From the NCBI GenBank assembly GCA_963662315.1, contig OY759353.1, positions 1,728,001 to 1,792,000 of the forward strand: a DNA stretch of 64,000 nt, written 5' to 3'. Source of the stretch: Geopsychrobacteraceae bacterium (GTDB lineage: Bacteria > Desulfobacterota > Desulfuromonadia > Desulfuromonadales > Geopsychrobacteraceae). The position numbers and the translations under genes were made by a program. Below are positions 20,278-29,422 of the stretch, in pieces. The first letter of the stretch is position 1. Every line of letters starts with the position of its first letter. The notes below the pieces were generated by a model. It was given only the letters and a program-made list of their open reading frames with translations. It had not been told where the DNA came from and did not search any database.

Positions 20278-20321
20278 TTGAAATAATCAAAAAACGACAC
20301 TAATATTTCCATCTAGAGAAA
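20278..20321 (+). promoter_or_regulatory. sigma70 promoter of the CoA-transferase gene with adjacent operator-like site
   Basis: TTGAAA(20278)-N17-TAATAT(20301); TTCCATCTAGAGAAA at 20307-20321. Confidence 0.55.
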
Positions 20322-20369
20322 TACGATTTCAAAAAAGACCAATCAATACAACATTAAAGGACTTAGCAA

Positions 20370-21953
20370 ATGCAAAACTTTGGAACTTTAGCAGATCGAG
20401 TACATCGAAAAACATTATTCGACAGAGTAAAAAGCGCAGAAGATTGTATCCCCTTCTTCAAAACCGGCATGGACCTGGGCTGGTCGGGTTTTACACCCGC
20501 TGGATATCCCAAAGCGATACCGATTGCGTTAGCAACGCATGTAGAAAATAATAATTTACAGGGGCAATTAAAATTCAACCTTTTTATCGGTGCTTCGGTT
20601 GGTGCAGAAACAGAGAACCGATGGGCCGAGCTCGACATGATTGATCGCCGTTGGCCCTATCAGACGGGAAAAAGTATTGCTAAGGCCATCAATACAGGCA
20701 AAATCCGCATGGGAGATAAACACTTGTCAATGTTCGCTCAAGACCTTGGCTACGGTTTTTATGCACCCAAACTCGATATCGCCATAATTGAGGTTTCTGA
20801 AATTTTGGAAGATGGGTCTTTGGTACCGACAGCCTCATGTGGGGCGATCGGTGAAATCTTGATGATCGCAGATAAAATAATTATTGAAGTTAATACAGGA
20901 ATGCCTTCGTTTAGAGGGATGCATGACTGCCTTGCTCCGCAAAAGCCTCCGCACAGAGAGCCTTTACTCATTCGTAAGGCTAGCGATCGCATTGGCAGAG
21001 AGTCATTTTCCTGCGACACGGATAAAATCATAGCAATAGTTGAATCTAAACACCTGGATAAAGGGCGCACCTTTACTGACCCCGACTCAAATTCCAAGAC
21101 GATTGCAGAGTTGATTATAGATTTTTTTGCATCAGAGGTTAAAGCAGGACGACTTCCAGAAAATTTACTTCCTATTCAATCTGGTGTTGGTTCAATAGCA
21201 AATGCTGTCGTAGGTGGATTAGCAAATGGGCCATTTACAAATCTAACGGTATACACTGAAGTTCTTCAAGACACTATGCTTGATTTATTTGATTCAGGAA
21301 AACTCGATGCGGCATCATCCTGCTCCCTGTCATTATCAGAATCAGAAGGATTTCCGCGTTTTTTCAAAAACTGGGACAGTTACTTCGATAAAATTACATT
21401 AAGACCATTATCAATTTCCAACGCGCCGGAACCTATCCGCCGCCTCGGTGTTATCGCTATGAACACACCTGTAGAATTTGATATTTACGCTCATGCTAAT
21501 TCTACTCTGGTTGGTGGCACGAGAATGGTCAATGGAATAGGTGGATCTGGTGATTTCCTACGCAATGGATATCTCAAAATAATGCATAGCCCCTCCGTTC
21601 GCCCAAGCAAAACCGACCCAACGGGTATAACCTGTGTCGTACCAAAAGCTCCTCATATAGACCACACCGAGCACGATTTGGACATACTGGTTACAGAGCA
21701 GGGTTTGGCTGATTTAAGAGGACTAGCCCCTAAGGACAGAGCTCAACTAATAATTAACAAATGTGCTCACCCTGAGTACAAACCAATTCTTCAGGAGTAC
21801 CTAGATTTGGCAACTCGCGAGTGTTTAAGACGAGGAGTCGGACATGAGCCCCAACTCTTCGACCGTTGCTTCAAAATGCAACAAAACTTGGCCATCAATG
21901 GAACAATGAAAATCAAAAACTGGGACATTAAAACAGATCTCTGTGAAAAATAG
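20370..21953 (+). CDS. Acetyl-CoA hydrolase/transferase family; probable succinyl-CoA:acetate CoA-transferase (Ach1/AarC/Ato type)
   Basis: SGFTPAGYPKAIP, RRWPYQ, DKHLS, PIQSGVGSIANAV, YTEVLQD, NGIGGSGDFLRN, VTEQGLADLRGLAP. Confidence 0.92.
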   Translation: MQNFGTLADRVHRKTLFDRVKSAEDCIPFFKTGMDLGWSGFTPAGYPKAIPIALATHVENNNLQGQLKFNLFIGASVGAETENRWAELDMIDRRWPYQTGKSIAKAINTGKIRMGDKHLSMFAQDLGYGFYAPKLDIAIIEVSEILEDGSLVPTASCGAIGEILMIADKIIIEVNTGMPSFRGMHDCLAPQKPPHREPLLIRKASDRIGRESFSCDTDKIIAIVESKHLDKGRTFTDPDSNSKTIAELIIDFFASEVKAGRLPENLLPIQSGVGSIANAVVGGLANGPFTNLTVYTEVLQDTMLDLFDSGKLDAASSCSLSLSESEGFPRFFKNWDSYFDKITLRPLSISNAPEPIRRLGVIAMNTPVEFDIYAHANSTLVGGTRMVNGIGGSGDFLRNGYLKIMHSPSVRPSKTDPTGITCVVPKAPHIDHTEHDLDILVTEQGLADLRGLAPKDRAQLIINKCAHPEYKPILQEYLDLATRECLRRGVGHEPQLFDRCFKMQQNLAINGTMKIKNWDIKTDLCEK

Positions 21954-21962
21954 TTTTTTTTG

Positions 21963-21997
21963 ATGCCCCGCTCTATTTCGTTAACAGAGCGGGGCAT
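21963..21997 (+). terminator. Terminator-like hairpin after CoA-transferase
   Basis: atgccccgctct / agagcggggcat 12-bp stem. Confidence 0.75.
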
Positions 21998-22168
21998 AGA
22001 AATCGTAATGCAAAAAAAAGTGATCTTTGCCAAGGGCCTTAAAAACACAACGATTCGCCACACATATAATGCTGGAAAGGCAACATAAGAGATTCTAGGC
22101 TAAATATCCAAGGGCCCAGAAACCTTTTTGTTCAAACAACTTAAATAATCTTCTCCTCTTTAACGACT

Positions 22169-22203
22169 CACCCCGGTTCTGCCGCCAAAGCAGAACCGAG
22201 GTG
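22169..22203 (-). terminator. Hairpin after uxaC
   Basis: cggttctgc / gcagaaccg stem extended by cacc/ggtg. Confidence 0.55.
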
Positions 22204-22223
22204 TCCCCTATCGTAAGGATTGT

Positions 22224-23648
22224 CTAAAAACGGTAGGCCGCTTTCACCAGCTTGTAAGCCAGTTCATGGGCCAGACTCAACGCTTCAGTTTCATCCAGTT
22301 GATGTTCGCAGACCAGCTCGGCCAGATAGCCACAGTCGATGCGCCGGGCCATGTCGTGACGGGCGGGGATGGTCAGAAACGCGCGGGTGTCGTCGTTGAA
22401 GCCGACGGTATTATAGAAACCAGCTGTTTCGGTGACCGAGCGACGGTAGAAGCGCATCCCTTCCGGGCTGTCAAAGAACCACCAGGCTGGCCCCAGCTTC
22501 AGCAGCGGATAGTGACCGGCCAGGGGCGCCAGCTCGCGCGCCAGGGTGGTACTGTCGAGGGTGAAGAGGATCACGCTTAAACTGGTTTCATTGCCAAAGC
22601 GGTCGAGCAGCGGCTTGAGCGCTTTAACATACTCGGTCGGCGAAGGGATGTCGGCCCCTTTGTCGAGTCCGAATTTTTCTAAAACCTGTCGGTTATGATT
22701 GCGCGAAGCGCCCGGGTGAATCTGAACCACCAGGCCATCGTCCAAGCTCATGCGCACCATCTCGGTCAGCATCTGACCGCGAAAATCCTCCGCTTCAGCC
22801 GGACCAAAATTGCCCATCAGAATCTTATTAAACAACTTCTCGCAACTCCTGCGCTCAAAATCGCGGGTAGCTGCTGTAGGGTGGCCATGGTCGGTTGCGG
22901 TGGCCCCCAGTTTGACAAAGAAGGCACGGCGCTGAGCCAGGGCTTTCAGATAGCCCCCCCAGGTCAGACTGTCTTCGCCGGTTATTTCGCCCAGCTGCTC
23001 GACATTTTTGACAAAGTCTGGGAGCTCCGGGTCAACCACCGGATCAGGACGGAAACAGGGGACAATTTTGCCGTGCCAGCCACTCTGCCGTAAAGACTGA
23101 TGAGCAGACAGATCATCCAGCGGCGAATCGGTGGTTGAAATGGCCTCAATATTGAAGCGATCGTAGAGAGCACGCACCTTGAACTCTGGTGTTTTCAACT
23201 GCGCATCAAGGTGGTCGTATAGGCGATCGGCGTTGTCCAGGCACAACCGCTCATTGATGCCAAACAGATTGCTCTGGACGGTTTCAAACCACATCCGTGA
23301 TGGCGTACCGCGAAACAGATGATAATTCTCGGCAAAAATGCGCCAGATCTTGCGTGGGTCGGTTTCAGTTTGGCCGCCGTCGACTCTGGATATACCCAAG
23401 CTCTCCAGCTTGACGCCCTGGCTGTGGAGCATGCGAAAAACGTAGTGGTCCGGAATCAGAAACAACTGGGCCGGATTGGGAAAATTGATGTTATCAGCAT
23501 ACCAGCGCGGATCGGTATGGCCATGAGGGCTGATGATCGGCAGGTCTTTTACTTCGTTATAAAGCCTGCGCGCGACGGAGCGCACGCCGGGGTCAGCTGG
23601 TAGCAGACGATCGGGGTGCAGGTTGATTTGAGAGTGAGGCTGCGTCAT
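22224..23648 (-). CDS. uxaC: Glucuronate (uronate) isomerase
   Basis: LPIISPHGHTDP, PDHYVFRMLHSQG, TDHGH, GPAWWFFD, GFNDDTRAF, ARHDMARR. Confidence 0.96.
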   Translation of the reverse strand: MTQPHSQINLHPDRLLPADPGVRSVARRLYNEVKDLPIISPHGHTDPRWYADNINFPNPAQLFLIPDHYVFRMLHSQGVKLESLGISRVDGGQTETDPRKIWRIFAENYHLFRGTPSRMWFETVQSNLFGINERLCLDNADRLYDHLDAQLKTPEFKVRALYDRFNIEAISTTDSPLDDLSAHQSLRQSGWHGKIVPCFRPDPVVDPELPDFVKNVEQLGEITGEDSLTWGGYLKALAQRRAFFVKLGATATDHGHPTAATRDFERRSCEKLFNKILMGNFGPAEAEDFRGQMLTEMVRMSLDDGLVVQIHPGASRNHNRQVLEKFGLDKGADIPSPTEYVKALKPLLDRFGNETSLSVILFTLDSTTLARELAPLAGHYPLLKLGPAWWFFDSPEGMRFYRRSVTETAGFYNTVGFNDDTRAFLTIPARHDMARRIDCGYLAELVCEHQLDETEALSLAHELAYKLVKAAYRF

Positions 23649-23737
23649 GGGCTTGTGCTCCGTTTCTATGCGATGGGTCTTTGTTCAATCATTTGGTTCA
23701 GTGAGTCCAGCCAGTATGGCTGAATCAATTTATTTTT

Positions 23738-24214
23738 TCAGATTCTGCTCGTGATTTTTTCCGCCAAAAAGGCAGACAGCCTTTTGCCCCGGCCTGCCAA
23801 GACCTGATTGTCCAGAATAAAACTCTGCTTCGACTGCGTGTGGATAATCAGCATACCAAACAGGCTGATCACGGCTTTGATTTCGGTGTAATCCACCCGT
23901 GAACGTTTGCTGGCGTTGGTAATTTCAAAGCTGGTCTGCTGAAAAGTTATGAGCAGATCATCCGGCATCTGGCCGACAATCCTGCGGCTGCGCAGGTAAA
24001 TCACCAGCGGTTGCAACACAGGGAACAGGCAGAGGCCGACCACCATCAGGATTCTGTAGACAACTCCGGCATCTAGCCAGAAGCGGTAGATCAAACCGGC
24101 CATGGAGAGGGTGAAAATGATATTGATCACAGCCATCATGGATCTGTAGATATTGACCAGCGTCAGAATCCAGAGACTGACCGGCTTAACTCTGTAGCGA
24201 AACTTGAATTCCAT
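23738..24214 (-). CDS. YcxB-like membrane protein (2 TM helices + C-terminal PH-like domain)
   Basis: Two hydrophobic segments followed by a beta-rich domain; co-oriented inside the TRAP-uxaC operon. Confidence 0.65.
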   Translation of the reverse strand: MEFKFRYRVKPVSLWILTLVNIYRSMMAVINIIFTLSMAGLIYRFWLDAGVVYRILMVVGLCLFPVLQPLVIYLRSRRIVGQMPDDLLITFQQTSFEITNASKRSRVDYTEIKAVISLFGMLIIHTQSKQSFILDNQVLAGRGKRLSAFLAEKITSRI

Positions 24215-24229
24215 GGCCCTGTGGGATGA

Positions 24230-25522
24230 TCACATGAACACTGACGGCAGATACAGGCTGATCGCAGGGATAAAGGTCAGTAACAGCAGAGTGATGATCA
24301 TCAGCAAGTAAAAGGGGAAGATTGCTTTCACCAGTCTTTCGATCGGGACCTTTCCGACTGCCGATCCGATGAAGAGAACCGACCCGACAGGGGGCGTCAA
24401 GAGCCCTATGCCACAGTTCAAAATCATCATGATGCCAAACTGAATGGGTGAAATCCCGATGCTTGTGGCAATGGGCAACAGGATGGGGGTCGCAATCAGG
24501 ATGATCGGCGCCATGTCCATGATAACACCCAGAACCAGCAGAATCAGGTTCAGCAATAAAGCTAAAAGAATCGTATTGTCTGTCAGACCGAGAATGGCCT
24601 TTGCCGCCAGGGTCGGAACGTTCAGACGGGTCAACAGAAAACCGAAAATACTGGACGTAGAGATCAGAATCAGGACGATCGACAAGGTGTCCACGCACTG
24701 GTCCAGAACCCTCCAGACCCCCTTCCAGGTCAAGCCTTTATAAATAAAGACACTGACGATCAAACTGTAGAAGACGGCAATCGCTGCGGATTCCGTCGCA
24801 GTGAAGACACCGCCGACAACACCGACGACAACAATAAGCACGGCAGCAAGAGCCCAGAAGGAAAGTGCAATCTGCTTAAACAGGTTCAAAAGATTGAACT
24901 TGTCTCCTTTGGGATAGTTACGTTTGATCGAAATGATGTAGGAACCGACCATCAGGGTTCCCGCAAGAATGGCGGCGGGCAGATAACCGGCCAGAAAGAG
25001 GCTGCCTATGGAAACCCCACCAGCGGTCGTCGCGTAGATAACCATGTTGTGACTGGGGGGCACAAGCAGGCCCTCGCAGGAACTGGTCACGGTTACGGCG
25101 GTGGCAAAGTCATCGTCATAGCCCTGCTCGACCATCATCGGAATCATGATGCTGCCCAGAGATGCCGTGTCTGCTGCTGCCGAGCCTGAAATGCCGCCGA
25201 AGAAATAGGAAGATACGATGTTCACCATGGCCATACCGCCGCGCATCCAGCCGACACAGGCATTGGCCAACGCAATCAGTTTTTCGGAAATACCGCCTGA
25301 CCCCATCAGGTAGCCCATGGTGATAAAAAAAGGAACGGCCATCAGGCTGAAGGAGCTGATCCCTTTCACCATCTGCTGCGCGACTGTCGTCAGCGGCAGT
25401 CCCTGATACAGCAGGCACAGAATAGACGACAGTGCGACCGCGTAGGCAATAGGGAAGCGAATCAGGATAAAAACAAAAAAACTTCCCAGCAGGACAAATA
25501 TCGCCATACTATTCACAATCAT
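24230..25522 (-). CDS. dctM: TRAP transporter large permease #1
   Basis: LMAVPFF, GISGSAAAD, LVPPS, TATESAA, LLTPPVG. Confidence 0.95.
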   Translation of the reverse strand: MIVNSMAIFVLLGSFFVFILIRFPIAYAVALSSILCLLYQGLPLTTVAQQMVKGISSFSLMAVPFFITMGYLMGSGGISEKLIALANACVGWMRGGMAMVNIVSSYFFGGISGSAAADTASLGSIMIPMMVEQGYDDDFATAVTVTSSCEGLLVPPSHNMVIYATTAGGVSIGSLFLAGYLPAAILAGTLMVGSYIISIKRNYPKGDKFNLLNLFKQIALSFWALAAVLIVVVGVVGGVFTATESAAIAVFYSLIVSVFIYKGLTWKGVWRVLDQCVDTLSIVLILISTSSIFGFLLTRLNVPTLAAKAILGLTDNTILLALLLNLILLVLGVIMDMAPIILIATPILLPIATSIGISPIQFGIMMILNCGIGLLTPPVGSVLFIGSAVGKVPIERLVKAIFPFYLLMIITLLLLTFIPAISLYLPSVFM

Positions 25523-25525
25523 GCC

Positions 25526-26047
25526 TTAAGCTTCCTCTCCAAGAACCAGTTTTTTTATCCGGTTATAGATCATTTCCAATTCAAAAATTACCATGGCAAC
25601 CCCCGCCAGCGGCACCGGGAAGTACATCCAGAACCGGGAGAGACCAGGCATACTGACATAAAACCCTCTGGAACCCAGTCTTTGAGCGTAGCTCCAGCCA
25701 ACAAAGATCATGACCAATCCGAGCGCCAATATGGCAATATCGGCGATAAGATCAAGGGCAATAAGAACCTTTGGGGGAAGATAGCGGTCAAAAGCAGTCA
25801 TTCGGATATGGGAATTACGCCGGATTGCCAGGGAGGCAGAGAGGACCGCCATATAGGCCATGCAGGAGAGGACCACCTCTTCGCTCCAGGCAGGGTCCGG
25901 AATAAAGGAAACGTATCTTCCGGTAACGGCCATGGCTGTAATGACAATATCTATGATCAGAAGGATTTTGCAGATAAAAAGGACCAGCTTGTCGACATAG
26001 TCAAAACACGGTTTAATTTTATCTACAGTATTAAACACCGCCTTCAT
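25526..26047 (-). CDS. dctQ: TRAP transporter small permease #1
   Basis: GRYV...WSEEV, HIRMT, 4 TM segments. Confidence 0.9.
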   Translation of the reverse strand: MKAVFNTVDKIKPCFDYVDKLVLFICKILLIIDIVITAMAVTGRYVSFIPDPAWSEEVVLSCMAYMAVLSASLAIRRNSHIRMTAFDRYLPPKVLIALDLIADIAILALGLVMIFVGWSYAQRLGSRGFYVSMPGLSRFWMYFPVPLAGVAMVIFELEMIYNRIKKLVLGEEA

Positions 26048-26190
26048 AGAAACTCCATCCATCTTTAATAACAATGATGGCACTCAAAAGTTGGAACTTC
26101 GGTGCCGGAAAATGTCAAGAACAGGTGTCCCCCCCCGTCCAGCGAATCGATCAGAATTCGGCCGAACAAGGGGGGACGGGACAGAAAGTC

Positions 26191-27189
26191 CTACTGCATA
26201 TCGAGAATCTTCTGGTACAGGGCAGGGTTTTGGGCGCTGGCTTCTTTAATGACTCCGGCGCAGGCTTTCTGCCAGGAGGTCTTGTCGGGAACAGGAACAA
26301 CGGTTGCACCTGCAGCGGCCAGGTCTTTCAGTACTTTGTTCTCGGCACCTTCAGACAGCTGTCTATTGAAAGCGGAGGCAAGCTTGCCGGCTTCAACCAG
26401 AGCTTTCTGCTGCTTGGCAGACAGCTTATCCCATGCTTCGTCGGTGATGATAACCTGAATTGCGCCCAGAGTATGGCCGTCAAGGATCATGTAGGGAGCA
26501 ACTTCATTGAAAGCTTTTGACTTGTAGTTGGCAATCGGCTGCTCGGCAGCATCAACCACACCCGTCTGGAGCGCGGAGTAAAGCTCGTTGTAGTTAACAA
26601 CGGTCGGAGAAGCGCCAAGTCCTTTGACCAGACCACGCATAACGGGGTCGTTGGAGACGCGGATTTTCATGCCGGCCAGATCAGCCATTTTGTTAAGGGG
26701 CTTGGTCCCGAAGAAATGTCTGAAACCTTCTTCTCCGTAGAACAGACCGCGAATGCCGGTTCCGTTTTCATGGGGCTCAAGAAGGAACTCGGGAGCCAGA
26801 TCACTGGCGGCAAACTTCCAGAAATGATCTCTGCTGGTGAAGGTATAGGGGATGGACAGTAATTTGGATTTCTGCCCGCCGTAACTGGTCAGGGCAAAGG
26901 CCGAGATTCTGGACATATCGATGGTTCCGCCGCCGCCGAGCATGGAGTCAAGGACGTCCTTCTCTGCGCCGAGTACACCGTTAGCCTTGATATCAAGAAG
27001 GACGGTGCCGCCGGACAGGCGCTCAACTTCCTCTTTAAACTTCTGGCCGGTCTGGCCGACGATGGAATCCATAGGGTTAACCTCGGCATAGACAAGCGTG
27101 ACTTTTTTGTCAGCTGCCTGAGCTTGACCAGCAAATGTGCCTGATACAGCCAGCGCCATAACCATCAGCAGTAAGAGAGTTTTCTTCAT
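26191..27189 (-). CDS. dctP: TRAP substrate-binding protein #1 (probably uronate)
   Basis: Signal peptide, GMKIRV, LYSALQTGVVDAAEQP; upstream of uxaC in the same operon. Confidence 0.93.
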   Translation of the reverse strand: MKKTLLLLMVMALAVSGTFAGQAQAADKKVTLVYAEVNPMDSIVGQTGQKFKEEVERLSGGTVLLDIKANGVLGAEKDVLDSMLGGGGTIDMSRISAFALTSYGGQKSKLLSIPYTFTSRDHFWKFAASDLAPEFLLEPHENGTGIRGLFYGEEGFRHFFGTKPLNKMADLAGMKIRVSNDPVMRGLVKGLGASPTVVNYNELYSALQTGVVDAAEQPIANYKSKAFNEVAPYMILDGHTLGAIQVIITDEAWDKLSAKQQKALVEAGKLASAFNRQLSEGAENKVLKDLAAAGATVVPVPDKTSWQKACAGVIKEASAQNPALYQKILDMQ

Positions 27190-27353
27190 GCAGTGTACCT
27201 CCATTGGTCGATATGTGGTTAATTTCAAAGGTCGCCGGAAAGTCGGCTCCCCACGCCAAAACATCCTGTTCATCACAGAAAAACGATACCCCAAGAATTG
27301 GGGCTCGGCAAGCTTCCCCAGTGTTTTAGGGAGATTCCTGCCTAAACCCCACC

Positions 27354-27407
27354 TTTATTCAGTGACTGAATTAAGCGGATCATAACGTCAGACTATTTCA
27401 ATGTCAA
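27354..27407 (-). promoter_or_regulatory. sigma70 promoter of dctPQM-uxaC with palindromic ROK-type operator
   Basis: Minus strand TTGACA(27402-27407)-N17-TATGAT(27379-27384); palindrome TTATTCAGT-G-ACTGAATTAA at 27355-27374. Confidence 0.75.
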
Positions 27408-27555
27408 TCAGATAAACAGAGGATTATTACACCAATACAGCATGTTATGAATTCAAAATTTCATATATTGATTATCTTCAATAACAAAATAAAGACTATT
27501 TATAAAAATTTCCAACAACATAATATTAGTTTTTTTTTCTACAAAAGAATATTGT

Positions 27556-27745
27556 CATGACGACGCTACCACGACCGGACAAGTTAACCTTCCGCGCCAG
27601 GAAGGTACTGTGCCCAATCTGCAGCACACCATAATTATTCCACCGCCACCTGGCTACAAAGCATGCGAAAGATGTAGCGATCGAGAATCAAAAAAGCGGT
27701 TCGGCCAGAGAGCCGAGATCAATATCTCAGCGCTATAGCGCTGAT
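27556..27745 (-). pseudogene. Eroded relic of a second uxaC 5' region
   Basis: 27649-27695 matches uxaC 23417-23463 at 35/47 nt by eye and translates FLILDRYIFRMLCSQ versus FLIPDHYVFRMLHSQ; weaker collinear matches on both sides. Confidence 0.75.
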
Positions 27746-27960
27746 TTGTTCGACCCTATCTGATTGACTAATCCTTTTCTTATACCTATTGGTAATAGCA
27801 ACCAATCTCGAGAATTCTTCGAAGAAGACCACCTCAAAACTTGATCCGCTCAAGTAATCACATCTCAACGACCACCAAAAACAAACCTATTTTCAAATAG
27901 CACACTGAGTGAAAATATATAAAACCATATGAAATAATATCTTTTTAAATTTTTCGTAGA

Positions 27961-27983
27961 ATTAATTCTCTGACTAAAGTATT
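27961..27983. promoter_or_regulatory. Second putative ROK operator (autoregulatory)
   Basis: TTAATTCTCTGACTAAAGTA resembles the reverse complement of the 27355 site (TTAATTCAGTCACTGAATAA). Confidence 0.5.
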
Positions 27984-28056
27984 GCTTTTGTCGGTAATTA
28001 CTTCTAGAATTTTCACTACTTCAAATTCACTTACCACCATCAACGGAGTCGCTGCT

Positions 28057-29286
28057 GTGAGCATTATCAATAAAATCCCTTCTCTCGATAAAACGAAGAT
28101 GCGTTCGATCAACCGCATCAAGGTTCTTTGCACCATTCGCGATATGCAGCCGATTTCCCGCACCGCGATCGCCAAAGAGACGGGCCTGAGCCCTGCGGCG
28201 GTCTCGGGGATCACCGGTGAACTGATTGAAGAAAACCTCCTGTTGGAAAAAGAGATCGGAGAATCGATCGGGGGCAGGAAACCTGTTCTCCTTGCACTCA
28301 ACCCGGAGGGGGCCTATACAATCGGCGTCTTTGTCTCAGTCCGGCGGATCACGGTTGTCATCGTCAACCTTCAGGCCGACATCGTCGCCGAGCACATCAT
28401 GCGTTACGAGGAGAAGGACACCACTCCGGAAGGGGTGGCGGAACAGATTGTCCAGGCCGTCCATCACTGCATGTGGAAAACGGAATTGATCAAAAGCCAG
28501 ATATCTGGCATCGGCCTGGCCATTCCTGGACTGGTCACACATCCGGACAGGATGATCAAGTTCGCGCTCAATTACAGCTGGCATAACGTCAATTTCAGAG
28601 AGATTCTCATGCGCAAGCTCGCCCTCCCCACTTATATTGAAAACAGTGCCCGCTGCATTTCACTGGCGGAGCAACGCTTCGGCGCCGGCAAGAATGTCGA
28701 TAATTTCATTGTCGTCGGTCTGGCACAGGGCGTGGCGATCGGCATCATCATCAACGGCCAGCCCTATATCGGCCATTCCGGTTGCGCCGGTGAGTTCGGT
28801 CACACCACGATCGACCCCTCCGGCCCACTTTGCCGCTGTGGCAAACGGGGCTGTTTTGAAACCTACTGCGGTAACCACGCGATTCTGGAAAAAGCGAAGC
28901 AACTCGCCCGGGAACAGCGCTGGACGCCGTCTGTCGCGCTGGAAGAATTGACCATTGAAGATGTGATGGAAAAAGCAAAGGACGGAGAACCTGCCCTGGT
29001 AGAACTTTATTGCGAGGCTGGAAAGGGGTTAGGAATCGGTATTGCTAACCTGATTGAGATTTTTAACCCGGAGAAAATTATACTCTCAGGCAAGGGCACA
29101 CTCGCCGGGGACCTGCTCATCAAACCGATGCGAGAAACCATTCCTCAATACCTGACCGCTAACAGCGACAGTTTGGTCGATGTCGTTGTACGTCATTGGC
29201 AACACAGCGATGCAGCTAGAGGTGCCGGGGTGATGGTACTCCAGGAAACATATCAGTTGGCTCCGCAAGTCATATCTTCGCCATAA
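28057..29286 (+). CDS. ROK family repressor (XylR/NagC/Mlc-like)
   Basis: N-terminal HTH ISRTAIAKETGLS, GGRKP linker, AGEFGH and CRCGKRGCFE Zn motif; probable GTG start. Confidence 0.93.
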   Translation: MSIINKIPSLDKTKMRSINRIKVLCTIRDMQPISRTAIAKETGLSPAAVSGITGELIEENLLLEKEIGESIGGRKPVLLALNPEGAYTIGVFVSVRRITVVIVNLQADIVAEHIMRYEEKDTTPEGVAEQIVQAVHHCMWKTELIKSQISGIGLAIPGLVTHPDRMIKFALNYSWHNVNFREILMRKLALPTYIENSARCISLAEQRFGAGKNVDNFIVVGLAQGVAIGIIINGQPYIGHSGCAGEFGHTTIDPSGPLCRCGKRGCFETYCGNHAILEKAKQLAREQRWTPSVALEELTIEDVMEKAKDGEPALVELYCEAGKGLGIGIANLIEIFNPEKIILSGKGTLAGDLLIKPMRETIPQYLTANSDSLVDVVVRHWQHSDAARGAGVMVLQETYQLAPQVISSP

Positions 29287-29422
29287 ACACTCCTCCTTGG
29301 GCATTAGTGTTATTTTGCCGTGTGCACATTCAGGGCAGAACCAAGCGCAGAAATCGATCATTAGTAAAAAATTTCGGGGCCTCCATTGGCAGAAGCCCCG
29401 AACATCACAAGAGAACACTGTC

